The position numbers and the translations under genes are program-made. The notes beneath the pieces are model-generated. The model saw only the letters and a list, made by a program, of their open reading frames with translations. It did no database searches and was not told the DNA's origin. Of a DNA stretch of 64,000 nt, positions 46,799-56,200 are shown piece by piece. The stretch is from a virus. The stretch's first letter is position 1, and every line of letters begins with the position of its first letter. The DNA is taken from IMG/VR virus record IMGVR_UViG_3300036770_007621; one strand, given 5' to 3'.

Positions 46799-47239
46799 TT
46801 ACCAACGCTCTTCCCGTAATTCAGACATTTTGCCCAAAATTTCTTTGATCTTCTCATCATTCTCTATGATTTTTTTGATCTTCTTCTTCGCACCACCGTA
46901 CACTCGCTTACCATTTTTATAGTCAACATTGCCATTCAATGACTTTGTTATACTGCTTTGGTTCACATTCAGCATTTTAGCAATTTCCATTTGAGTATAA
47001 CCATCGCTATACAATTTAATTACTTCTCGCTGTCTAGGGGTAAGTAATGTATTAATGACTCGCCAAAATTCTTTTTTTAATTGGTCTTCTAAATCAAGTA
47101 ACTCTTCATTATATTGAAAAGGATTTAGCTTGGCAGAAATACTATCATCATTAGAAAAAGCTTCCATCATGTCATTAGAGCAAACAGTTTCTAACAAAAT
47201 ATATTGATAATGGTCGCTCCTATTTTTTCTTTTTTCCAT
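46799..47239 (-). CDS. Sigma-70 region 4-like HTH protein
   Basis: LLTPRQREVIKLYSDGYTQMEIAKMLNVNQSSITKSL; no region 2 recognisable. Confidence 0.8.
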   Translation of the reverse strand: MEKRKNRSDHYQYILLETVCSNDMMEAFSNDDSISAKLNPFQYNEELLDLEDQLKKEFWRVINTLLTPRQREVIKLYSDGYTQMEIAKMLNVNQSSITKSLNGNVDYKNGKRVYGGAKKKIKKIIENDEKIKEILGKMSELREERW

Positions 47240-47245
47240 ACTACC

Positions 47246-47941
47246 TCAGTTATTATGAATGCCATACCTCAATAATATATCTCGGATTGTATTTTTGCTA
47301 CAACTAAATTTTTTAGCTAAATCCATTCTAGAATATTGACCCGTCTGATACAAATTGCAAATTTTCATTTCTTGTCGCTTAGAAAATAAATGCTGTGACT
47401 TATGATATGTTTTTCTTATTTTTATTTTATTTCTAAGCAAAATATCAGAAATAGTGGTTTTAGCGCAATTATATTGTTTAGCCAACCAATAAGCCGATTT
47501 GTTTTCTACACTATACAATCTACATATTTCTTTTTCAATAGCTTCACTAAATTTTCTTCTAGATTTAGCTGAAGTATTAGATCGAGATCTTGAAATATTT
47601 ATTTTCCATTGTCTGGGAAATTTTTTCCCACCATTAGTATTTCCACCATCTCCACCTTGAGTATCGTTGTATCCACGATCTGATTTATAGCTATCATAAA
47701 ATTTAATATAAAATTTTTCTCCTTGAATCATTGCTTCAAATGAAGAGTATTGTTTCAATAATTCAATATGAAAATTCTTTTCTCCATATTTCCTAATAGC
47801 TTTATGCAAGGAGCTAGAAGAATTTTTTCTTGCACTAAGACAATGCTGATACAATCTAGCAGATAAAGATCTTTGAGTGTATCCAATATATATTTTTTGA
47901 TTAACTAAATTAGTAATTTTATATATTTGATAGTAAGTCAT
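47246..47941 (-). CDS. GIY-YIG homing endonuclease with C-terminal HTH repeats
   Basis: QIYKITNLVNQKIYIGYT, GYN; two LAKxYxCxKxTIxDILLRxxI units. Confidence 0.9.
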   Translation of the reverse strand: MTYYQIYKITNLVNQKIYIGYTQRSLSARLYQHCLSARKNSSSSLHKAIRKYGEKNFHIELLKQYSSFEAMIQGEKFYIKFYDSYKSDRGYNDTQGGDGGNTNGGKKFPRQWKINISRSRSNTSAKSRRKFSEAIEKEICRLYSVENKSAYWLAKQYNCAKTTISDILLRNKIKIRKTYHKSQHLFSKRQEMKICNLYQTGQYSRMDLAKKFSCSKNTIRDILLRYGIHNN

Positions 47942-48684
47942 ATTTGTATAGTAAAAGATAAAGAATCATAACTATTTTGAGATAGATACTCATCTATATC
48001 TTTATATGGCAGTGGCAAATAAAAATTAGTAATATTAGCTAATCCTTTATATTTTTCAGTTATTTTTTTACGACCTTTTTCTCCTGCCTCATCATTATCT
48101 AACAAAAGACAAATATTATTGGTGTATCTTGTAAGTAAAGACAGTTGAGTGGCTGACATATCTGCTCCTCCCAAAGACACAATATTTTTAAAATTGTTTT
48201 GAGAAGCCTTGATAGTATCAAATTGACCTTCTACTACAAAGGCGCAGCCTTTTTCTAATATTTCTTTTTTGTTTTCATACAAACCAAACAAATGTTTGCT
48301 TTTAGCAAAGTTCGTATTTTTATACTTTGAAACTTTGCGTTGATGATCTGGTAGTAAAGATCTGCCTACTAAAGCAATTACGTTACCATATACATCTTTG
48401 TATGGCATTACTAAAGGATGATCTTCAAAAAAAGAAAATAAAATCTTTCTAGGAAATAAAGAATCTTCAATATCTCTAGAATAAAGAAGCGAATGTTGAG
48501 ATAAAACTTCTTCTCCTACAATAGAAGTTAATGCTTGGATATTTTCTAAATTAGGAAAATATCCAAACTGGAATAATTTTTGCCCAGATTCATCTAATCT
48601 ATTATTGATGTAATCTTTGCAATCTTGAGCTTGGCTATAGTTATTTAGCAAATAATGACAAGCATCTACGATTTTTTGTAGCAT
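47938..48684 (-). CDS. dnaG: DnaG-type primase catalytic core (TOPRIM), lacking the N-terminal zinc-binding domain
   Basis: GNVIALVGR, KYKN, LFGL, VVEGQFD, LLDNDEAG, KDIDEYL motifs; 248 aa. Confidence 0.88.
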   Translation of the reverse strand: MLQKIVDACHYLLNNYSQAQDCKDYINNRLDESGQKLFQFGYFPNLENIQALTSIVGEEVLSQHSLLYSRDIEDSLFPRKILFSFFEDHPLVMPYKDVYGNVIALVGRSLLPDHQRKVSKYKNTNFAKSKHLFGLYENKKEILEKGCAFVVEGQFDTIKASQNNFKNIVSLGGADMSATQLSLLTRYTNNICLLLDNDEAGEKGRKKITEKYKGLANITNFYLPLPYKDIDEYLSQNSYDSLSFTIQI

Positions 48685-48685
48685 A

Positions 48686-49021
48686 TTAAATATCTTGCGG
48701 TTTTTTTAATTGTTCTAATAGCATGATTTTAAAGGGCTGACTAAGATGCGAATGCAATGCTTTACATTTAGGGCAAATTACTTCTTTATTTTGAATTTGG
48801 GGACGCTCTTCTATATTACAATTTTTGCATTTAACTGCAAAAGAAATTGTTTTTTTAGGTCGATATTGCTTAAATTGTTTCATTTGCATTTTAATAAAAT
48901 GCGTAATATTGTTTAATTCTCTCTCACATTTAGAGCAATATACTTTATCTGTAGCTGGATCTAAGTATGGTTCCATTAAGTCTCCACAACCACGATTTGA
49001 GCAAACTATAGAAAATGGCAT
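48686..49021 (-). CDS. Small four-CxxC zinc-finger protein
   Basis: CSNRGC, CSKC, CKNC, CPKC in 111 aa. Confidence 0.75.
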   Translation of the reverse strand: MPFSIVCSNRGCGDLMEPYLDPATDKVYCSKCERELNNITHFIKMQMKQFKQYRPKKTISFAVKCKNCNIEERPQIQNKEVICPKCKALHSHLSQPFKIMLLEQLKKPQDI

Positions 49022-49953
49022 TAAGCGTCCTTATTTTGTAATAAATTAATGATTTGATCTGTATTTTGTGGATATTCCACTTCTAGATAAACTTTTTGAT
49101 TACCTTTTTTATTTACTCCTAGATTAGGAATTATTACTACGTCTTTGTTTTTAGACAAGGGCTTAATATTAATTTCTTTCTCATCTAACACTGTAGGAAC
49201 TACTTTTGCACAGCCTTGCAATGCCTCCAATAAAGAAATTTTAAGATAAGAAATTACATCTGATCCTTCTAAAGACAAATTAGTATTATTTTCCACATGA
49301 ATATACAGATGTACGTCACTAGACTGATCTAGTCCCATAAACTGACCGACATAGTTTCCCATACCAGCTAGTCTAAGAATATTGCCATCAGACACCCCTC
49401 CAGGAACAGAGACATGAATATTACACTCAGAATCTAAAGAACCTTCTCCTTTACAAGGAGAACATTTTTCTGTTTTAGTCTTACCCATGCATTTGTCGCA
49501 TGTTTGCACAAAAATCATCTGACCACGAGAAACAGTAATTTGCCCTCTTCCTTTACATTTGTCGCAGCCATTGTTTAATTTAATGAGACCATCTCCGTCA
49601 CAAGAATTGCATTTTGTTTTTCTAGAATAAGAAATATTCTTTTTTGTCCCTAATACTGATTCTTGGAAAGAAATAGTAGTTTGAATAGAGATATGCTGAG
49701 GGACAGCTTTTACTCTACCACCAAATGGATTAAATCCTGAAAACCCAGAAAATAAAGAATCAGGTTCTGGTTCATCGCCTTCTTTGATTCTAGTGTAAGC
49801 TTCATTTATTTTTTTAAATTTAGCATCAGCATCTGGCTCTTTATTTACATCTGGATGATATTTCCTAGTTAGCTCTTTATATTTCTTTTTTACTTCTTCT
49901 TCTGTTGCCTGATTTGATAAGCCAAGGGTAGAATAGGCTTCTTTTAAATTCAT
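49021..49953 (-). CDS. dnaJ: Type I DnaJ co-chaperone
   Basis: J domain with HPD, short G/F region, four CxxCxGxG-type repeats, C-terminal substrate-binding domain. Confidence 0.92.
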   Translation of the reverse strand: MNLKEAYSTLGLSNQATEEEVKKKYKELTRKYHPDVNKEPDADAKFKKINEAYTRIKEGDEPEPDSLFSGFSGFNPFGGRVKAVPQHISIQTTISFQESVLGTKKNISYSRKTKCNSCDGDGLIKLNNGCDKCKGRGQITVSRGQMIFVQTCDKCMGKTKTEKCSPCKGEGSLDSECNIHVSVPGGVSDGNILRLAGMGNYVGQFMGLDQSSDVHLYIHVENNTNLSLEGSDVISYLKISLLEALQGCAKVVPTVLDEKEINIKPLSKNKDVVIIPNLGVNKKGNQKVYLEVEYPQNTDQIINLLQNKDA

Positions 49954-50498
49954 TTTTTCTTACCTTTAATCTTTTTAGTTAACAATAATGAATAATATAA
50001 AGCAACAGCTATGCTGTCAGCCATATCATAATTTTCTACTTTAATACAACCTTTTTTGTTGATCTGATATGGAAATGTAATTTGTAAATGTTTGGCGACA
50101 AGATCTGGAATATCTTCTTTTTTTGGTAAGGTTTTTTCTAATTTTATTCCATGACGGATAGTCATGACATTAAAATAATTTGGTTCTTTCTTTAAGAAAT
50201 CATACGCCAATAAACCAATCATTCTATTAAAAGAAGTTAGTGTAATAATAGTCTTAGCGGTAGAAGCTCCAGACATAAATTGAATAATATCTTCTATTAC
50301 AATATGATCTGGAGATACTGATTCTATTATTTTCTTAATCTTGTCTCTAGTATCAGCTAATCTTGCAACTATGCTTTCTTTTTTTATAGGCTTAATGTAA
50401 TTACAAGATACAAATTTAATGTTATTAGAATCATCAATTTCTAATACGCAATATCCAATTGTTGTTGATGAGCAATCAATTCCCAGTATTTTAGTCAT
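49950..50498 (-). CDS. RuvC-like Holliday junction resolvase
   Basis: ILGIDCSSTTIG, HIVIED, DMADSIAVA acidic motifs. Confidence 0.85.
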   Translation of the reverse strand: MTKILGIDCSSTTIGYCVLEIDDSNNIKFVSCNYIKPIKKESIVARLADTRDKIKKIIESVSPDHIVIEDIIQFMSGASTAKTIITLTSFNRMIGLLAYDFLKKEPNYFNVMTIRHGIKLEKTLPKKEDIPDLVAKHLQITFPYQINKKGCIKVENYDMADSIAVALYYSLLLTKKIKGKKK

Positions 50499-50506
50499 TG
50501 AAAGCT

Positions 50507-50515
50507 AATATAACA
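50507..50515 (-). promoter_or_regulatory. Extended -10-like motif TGTTATATT
   Basis: 8 nt upstream of the resolvase ATG, immediately after a terminator. Confidence 0.45.
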
Positions 50516-50518
50516 GCT

Positions 50519-50552
50519 AAAAAGGAGCTAGGTTTAAACCTAGCTCCTTTTT
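50519..50552 (-). terminator. 34-bp perfect palindrome, intrinsic terminator
   Basis: AAAAAGGAGCTAGGTTTAAACCTAGCTCCTTTTT downstream of the SSB gene. Confidence 0.85.
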
Positions 50553-50572
50553 AATTCTAAGTGCTTTTAATG

Positions 50573-51262
50573 TCAGGCATCATAAGATGGAAATGCATCG
50601 TCGTCATCATCCATACTTACTGGCGCAGGTTTTGACTTTTGTTCAGGCTTTTTGCTGGGCATAGCCACAGAAGTAGTTTCTCCGCCGCCACTGATCTTTT
50701 CCATTCGCTTCAGAACTTGATCTGGAGTTAGCGGAGTTACTCTACGTTTGAGATCATCTAAATCCGCATTGTCTTTGATTTGTTGGTCTGCAGCTGATAG
50801 TGGTTCTTTAGAAATAGGTTGTACTGAGTAATACCCAGTTGCCCCACCATTCTTGTCTACTACGATATCAATGTCGTATTTGGTAGGATCGCCCCATCGT
50901 GCAGTGTTACGAGCCAATTTTCTAATTTGGCTAAATACTGCAAAAGAAACGTCTAATACTTTGTAAGTACCAGTCTTGCGACTAATCACTCCAAGCAACC
51001 AACGAGGTTTAGCCTTGTCTCCCATTGTGCAAAGTGGACAGCTGCCATGAATTGCTGAACAAGAAACTTTTTGACCAAAATCTTTTGGATTATTGGGATC
51101 TTTCTTATATTTATGTACTAAATATTGAAATGGTTGAGTGATGATTCGCATCTCATTTGAACCCTCGTCTAAACGAAGGAACAAATCTTTTGCATTGGAT
51201 TTTTGTTTGTCACCACCTGAAAAGACATCATCTTCCCAAGATACTTCACCGAATGTATTCAT
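50573..51262 (-). CDS. Single-stranded DNA-binding protein (gp32-like)
   Basis: FLRL...RII, CPLC, GDPTKYDI pattern; acidic C-terminal tail DDDDDAFPSYDA; near recA. Confidence 0.7.
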   Translation of the reverse strand: MNTFGEVSWEDDVFSGGDKQKSNAKDLFLRLDEGSNEMRIITQPFQYLVHKYKKDPNNPKDFGQKVSCSAIHGSCPLCTMGDKAKPRWLLGVISRKTGTYKVLDVSFAVFSQIRKLARNTARWGDPTKYDIDIVVDKNGGATGYYSVQPISKEPLSAADQQIKDNADLDDLKRRVTPLTPDQVLKRMEKISGGGETTSVAMPSKKPEQKSKPAPVSMDDDDDAFPSYDA

Positions 51263-51349
51263 ATTTTTCTCCTAACTGTTTTTTTTCTATTGTACACTAA
51301 CGGTACTTTTATCTGTTTAACAATAATCGGACTATTATAATCTAATTAT

Positions 51350-51640
51350 TCATCGTGTAAATTCAACATAACGTACACGAGCATGATCAGTAGTGCGACC
51401 AAAAGTAGCACGCACCTTTCGGGCTCGAAGACGACTTAGTACTCGATTTAGTACTACTCGTAGTGCACTAGGTGAGCCTGGAAGCATATTTCGCTGAGCA
51501 CGAGGAGTGATCTTACGAATTGCTGCACCAAGCTGTGTCATAGTACCTGTCCAAGCAACTTGCCCGCCATTTGGTACAACTACATTTAGTACGCCATTGA
51601 GAACTAGATCGTTTACGTTTGTTTCTGTATTTGATGTCAT
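51350..51640 (-). CDS. Small basic winged-helix-like DNA-binding protein
   Basis: WTGTMTQL...PGSPSALRVVLNRV...LRAR...R; Arg-rich, with strongly biased codons. Confidence 0.5.
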   Translation of the reverse strand: MTSNTETNVNDLVLNGVLNVVVPNGGQVAWTGTMTQLGAAIRKITPRAQRNMLPGSPSALRVVLNRVLSRLRARKVRATFGRTTDHARVRYVEFTR

Positions 51641-51656
51641 TTTATTACCCTTTCTT

Positions 51657-52004
51657 TCATTTCACTAATGTTTGCATTTTATTTGCGTTGAAAACTAAAC
51701 TTCTGATGCTGTGTACCCTGTGCCAGGGGAACCACATGTCTAGTATAAGTTCCTTAGGAGTCTGTGTCAACAGGTCGTTAAATGTTTTAATTATCTCTTC
51801 GTCTGATAATTCTGAAAAGAATCCTTTTGCTAAAATAAAACCATTCTGTGAGTCTGGCTTATCTATAGAAATAAATTTTTGATATGTAGTGCCTGATTTC
51901 CCACCGCTAGAATGAGATAGCGATACTAAATAAATAGGTTTTTTATTAATAGCCCCAACTGTAGGAATGGTAGCTACGCCAATTGAAAAATCTTTATCCA
52001 TCAC
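51657..52004 (-). CDS. Hypothetical protein
   Basis: 115 aa ORF coupled to the recA stop. Confidence 0.7.
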   Translation of the reverse strand: MMDKDFSIGVATIPTVGAINKKPIYLVSLSHSSGGKSGTTYQKFISIDKPDSQNGFILAKGFFSELSDEEIIKTFNDLLTQTPKELILDMWFPWHRVHSIRSLVFNANKMQTLVK

Positions 52005-53161
52005 TTTACCTTTCTTTTCTTTTTGCTATCTTCGTCTTCTTCTGATTTATTTTTTAATGCTTCTTGTTCTTGTCGTTTTGTTTCCCATTTCACATCACGA
52101 GCTTCTGAAATTTTTTGAACTAACTCTTCTGCTAAGGCAGGATCCTCTTTAATAGCTTCACAGAACTTTCCAAATCCAACCCATTTCTTATCACCATATT
52201 CATGTGTAACAGATGTTGGCTTGCTAACCACATTATAATCTAATGCTAGTTGTGCAATCTCTTCATGACGATCAATTACTCCAATTCCAAAGTCTACTTT
52301 AAATTCACATTTTTTTGGCCAAGCACAAAATTTTGATTTTTCTGTAGTTGCTCTTATGGTATGACCAATCTTATTATCTTTTTCATCTAAAATCATTGCA
52401 TCTTTTCTCATCACCGCTTCAAAATATAAATTGGCTGAAAGAAAGTGAGCATATGTATTTCCGCCAGAGAAAGTATGATCAGAGCCATAAGGATCCATAT
52501 TGTCTCTTTTATGATTGATAACTAAAAATGGAACATTAGCTTTATTTACTTCTAAAGCAAGCTTCTTAAATGTTGTAGTTAAGAATCTTGCCATTAGTGC
52601 CATGTTAGCTTTTCCAACAGCAGCTACATCCTCTCCTGGAGGAATTACGGCACCTAATGAATCTAGAATAATAAGATTTACATCTATTTCTTTAGAAACA
52701 ATCTTATCTAAGAGACCCTCTTTCTTTTTACCAACTAAAGCATGGGTTCTAGCATCTTCTTTGGGCTCTCCTAATAACATCTCGAAGCAACGACGACCGT
52801 TAACTGCTAAATCGCCATCAACGATAATAACTCTAGAAGTATCCAATCCTAGTTGCTCTGCCCACTCAACGTTAAATGTATTTTCTGCATCAATAAATAC
52901 TTGTTGAGACTCAGAGTTGAGTTGTTGCGCCTCTTTCATTGCCAACATAGCTAATAAGCTTTTGCCAGATCCAGGAGGTCCATATAATTGGATAATCCTG
53001 CCTAAAGGATATCCGCCACAACCTAGAATTTCATCCAATAATAGTGATCCGGTAGGGACTGATTTTAATTTGACATTTAACCTATCTTTTGCGACTTGAT
53101 AATTTAATTGCTCATCTGAGTTTGCATAACTTTTAAAAAATGCATCTAGTTTACTTGACAT
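52001..53161 (-). CDS. recA: RecA-family recombinase
   Basis: PTGSLLLD, GRIIQLYGPPGSGKS, FIDAEN, IILDSLGA, SGGN motifs. Confidence 0.95.
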   Translation of the reverse strand: MSSKLDAFFKSYANSDEQLNYQVAKDRLNVKLKSVPTGSLLLDEILGCGGYPLGRIIQLYGPPGSGKSLLAMLAMKEAQQLNSESQQVFIDAENTFNVEWAEQLGLDTSRVIIVDGDLAVNGRRCFEMLLGEPKEDARTHALVGKKKEGLLDKIVSKEIDVNLIILDSLGAVIPPGEDVAAVGKANMALMARFLTTTFKKLALEVNKANVPFLVINHKRDNMDPYGSDHTFSGGNTYAHFLSANLYFEAVMRKDAMILDEKDNKIGHTIRATTEKSKFCAWPKKCEFKVDFGIGVIDRHEEIAQLALDYNVVSKPTSVTHEYGDKKWVGFGKFCEAIKEDPALAEELVQKISEARDVKWETKRQEQEALKNKSEEDEDSKKKRKVK

Positions 53162-53233
53162 ATTTTCTTACTCCAAATAGACGTTGTGTCCGACAGTATA
53201 TACCCCACATTTGCAGGTTTTAAATATAAAAAA

Positions 53234-56200
53234 TTACTCAACAACACTTGCCCAAGAATCTATTCTTGTTACTTGTCTTGGTGCTGGTATCGCCCTAGTA
53301 ACAGTATTGGTTTTTGAATTATCAACGTTCTGACCAGTACTCACTGTTTGAAAACTTAACTGAAAAGATGTACTGCTAGCATTAGATACAGCAATCTTAC
53401 TACCTAAATACGGATCATTAAATACTTGAGTCTCTATACAAGTAGGAATTTGATTTAAAGATATTCCAAATATTAATGTCCCGTCTGGCTGCTTTACATT
53501 AGTTACATATCCTTGTGATAAATCATTAGGATCTACTGCGTACCTAGCTACTGGACCTCCATTGCTAGAAGCTAAGTAATCTACTCCCCAAATAGAACCA
53601 TAACCAATAGAACAAGCATTGCTATTATTTACTAAAGGAGAATAAGTAGAAAAATATACAATCCCATTAAATAAAACTAAATTTCCAGTTACTCTAGATC
53701 CATTATTTAATGGCTGTACCCAATTTTCAGAAACTTTAACAGTTGAATTAACTATAGATTCTTTTAATGACCATACTCGATTTACAGCCTGATCTCCATT
53801 GCTTAATTGTAATTGCTCTCCTGTAGTAAATAAAATTATATTATTTCCAAAAGAATCTACACTAACAATAGGCGCAGTATGAATCGCTTCCCCAGATAAA
53901 TAATTATCTGTAGGTAAAGAGTAAGCATCCCAAATTAAATCTGCGCTCCATAATTGAGGATCTGAGCTAGAAACATCTATTCTCCACAGAGATCCATCTG
54001 CATCTCCTACATAAATTTTAGAAGCTACTTGCCCTGTTTGAGATGGATATGCTACTGGAATTCCTGTAATAGGAGAATCAAATGGCACTACTTTCGACTT
54101 ACCCGCAGCAACTAAACCTGGAGGTCCTTCTGCATCAGAGCCTCTAAAGTTCATTAATACTTCTCCAGTATCTAGTCTAACAATAGTCAATGATCTGCCA
54201 GGACCTTCTTGACCATTGTTTTGCCAACACTTGACAGACCCCCGCACTCCATAAGATTCTTTAGGATTAAAGATAGTATAAGGCTTTGGCTGGCGATTGC
54301 AAGCCCCTGCTGCTAGGGGCGACTCTCCGCCTGATAAAATACCTACAGCTATTTCTTTAATTTGACCACTGCTGTCTTTAATAGATAAATTAGCAATTGT
54401 AGGAGTAGGGGATGTTCTTCCAAATAATTTATTTCCATTTACATCAGTAGATAATTGCCACAAAAATTTAGGATTAACTGGATCTGTTACATCTAAGGCA
54501 TAATAAAATCCACCGGCAGGACCACCACCTGCTAACAATATGCTATTCCAAACTGACCCATTATTTGATGCCTCAATAACATTTTTCTCATACACTACAT
54601 CTTTTACAATTGGCGAGCCATCTAATAATATAGATTGCTGATTAAAAGAGCCTAATAAACGAGGTAATACAATTGGAGGAATAAAGCTCCATAATTCATT
54701 ATTTTTTAATAAATCTACTTTTAATAAGTCATTGTTATCATTTGCTGAAACTTTAAAAGCATGTAGTTGACCATCTGTAGTTGCCGTGTATAACATTAAT
54801 GGTCTTTTGCTTTGAGTAACTGCAAAATTTGCGTATGACTCGTCTCTTAAATATTCTTTAGGAGTTCCAGTTACAAAAGGAGTAGAATGATAAATAGATC
54901 CTAATTCGCTACAAGTAGAATTAGCTGGGCAAAAAGCGGGTTCTCTAGTCAAAAAAAAACCTGGTGTAGTTTCTCCTACATTCCAACGAATTAATCGTAA
55001 AGCACATTCTGTAGCACTATCAGTTAAAAACTGATCGCACAAATTAGGTACATTCAACGGATCAATATTTAATGCTTTTAAATTATTTAAATTAGATAAT
55101 TGTGTGGAGAAGCTTTGACCATTTAATGGACCAATAATATTTCCAAAAGTAATACCTAAACCATCATTACTTAATAAATTTGGTCTAGCACTTCTATCTG
55201 AAAAAATATTAACACCCGTATTATTAATATAAGTAATAAATTTTCTTGGATTAGCTATGTCATTAGAATTAATATTCGAAGCAAAATCATCTCCCTTTAA
55301 TGGATCTACAGGGTTAATAACTGTTTGTAATACTCCATTTTGAGAAGAACAAGTATACCTTTTTCTATCTAAATTGCCCTGCCATAATCCAGTGCCTCCA
55401 GGAATAGAGAATGAGGACCCAAATTGATAACCAATAGCTGGTGCATTAGATAAGGAATTAGATGTAACTGTAGCAGAAGAAAAAACTGGCAATGTTCTAC
55501 TAGTAGAAGTATTAGTGATATTGGATAATACAGAAGATAAAACAGATTTTAATGAACCAAGATTATCTGCAAAATATGCTTTTTCTGTGCCGCCATTATA
55601 AGCAATTCTATGTAAATTACAACAAGCTTTTAATGTGCCAGATGCAGTAGTACAAATCCCATTAGCAGAAAAAGCAGTTACAGGATCTACCTGGCTACAA
55701 TCAAAACCTGCCCCTGATGCTAAACCAAATCCTACTGCAAAAGTTTTAACTTGCTGGTTAATATTCAAATCTTTAGCTAATTCATATGCAATTTGTTCTG
55801 GCAATGAATAAGGGCATTTGCCTCCAGGAGCAGCGCATTCAGGTCGTAAATCTAAATTAGGCTCTCCATCAGAAAGTACGATAATGTAATTTTTTCTACA
55901 TCCACCTAAAACATATGGATCAAAAGATGGACTAATTGGTTTATTATCAAGATCTTTAGAAAGATCTAATTTAAAATATCCTTGAGCGTCTGACAACATA
56001 CCAGCTAAAGGCGTAGCTCCATAAGGTCTCATGGCGAGCAATGCAGTTTGAATGAACTCTGTTCTAGCTTTAGAATTAGTTGGAGATTCATCAAATGGTC
56101 CAAATGGTACAAATCTACCTTCCCATGGAGGAGCTGCCTGATTACGGGCGCCTACTTCTAATTTTTTAGGAGAACATCCTGCTGGATTACCGCTAGCAAA

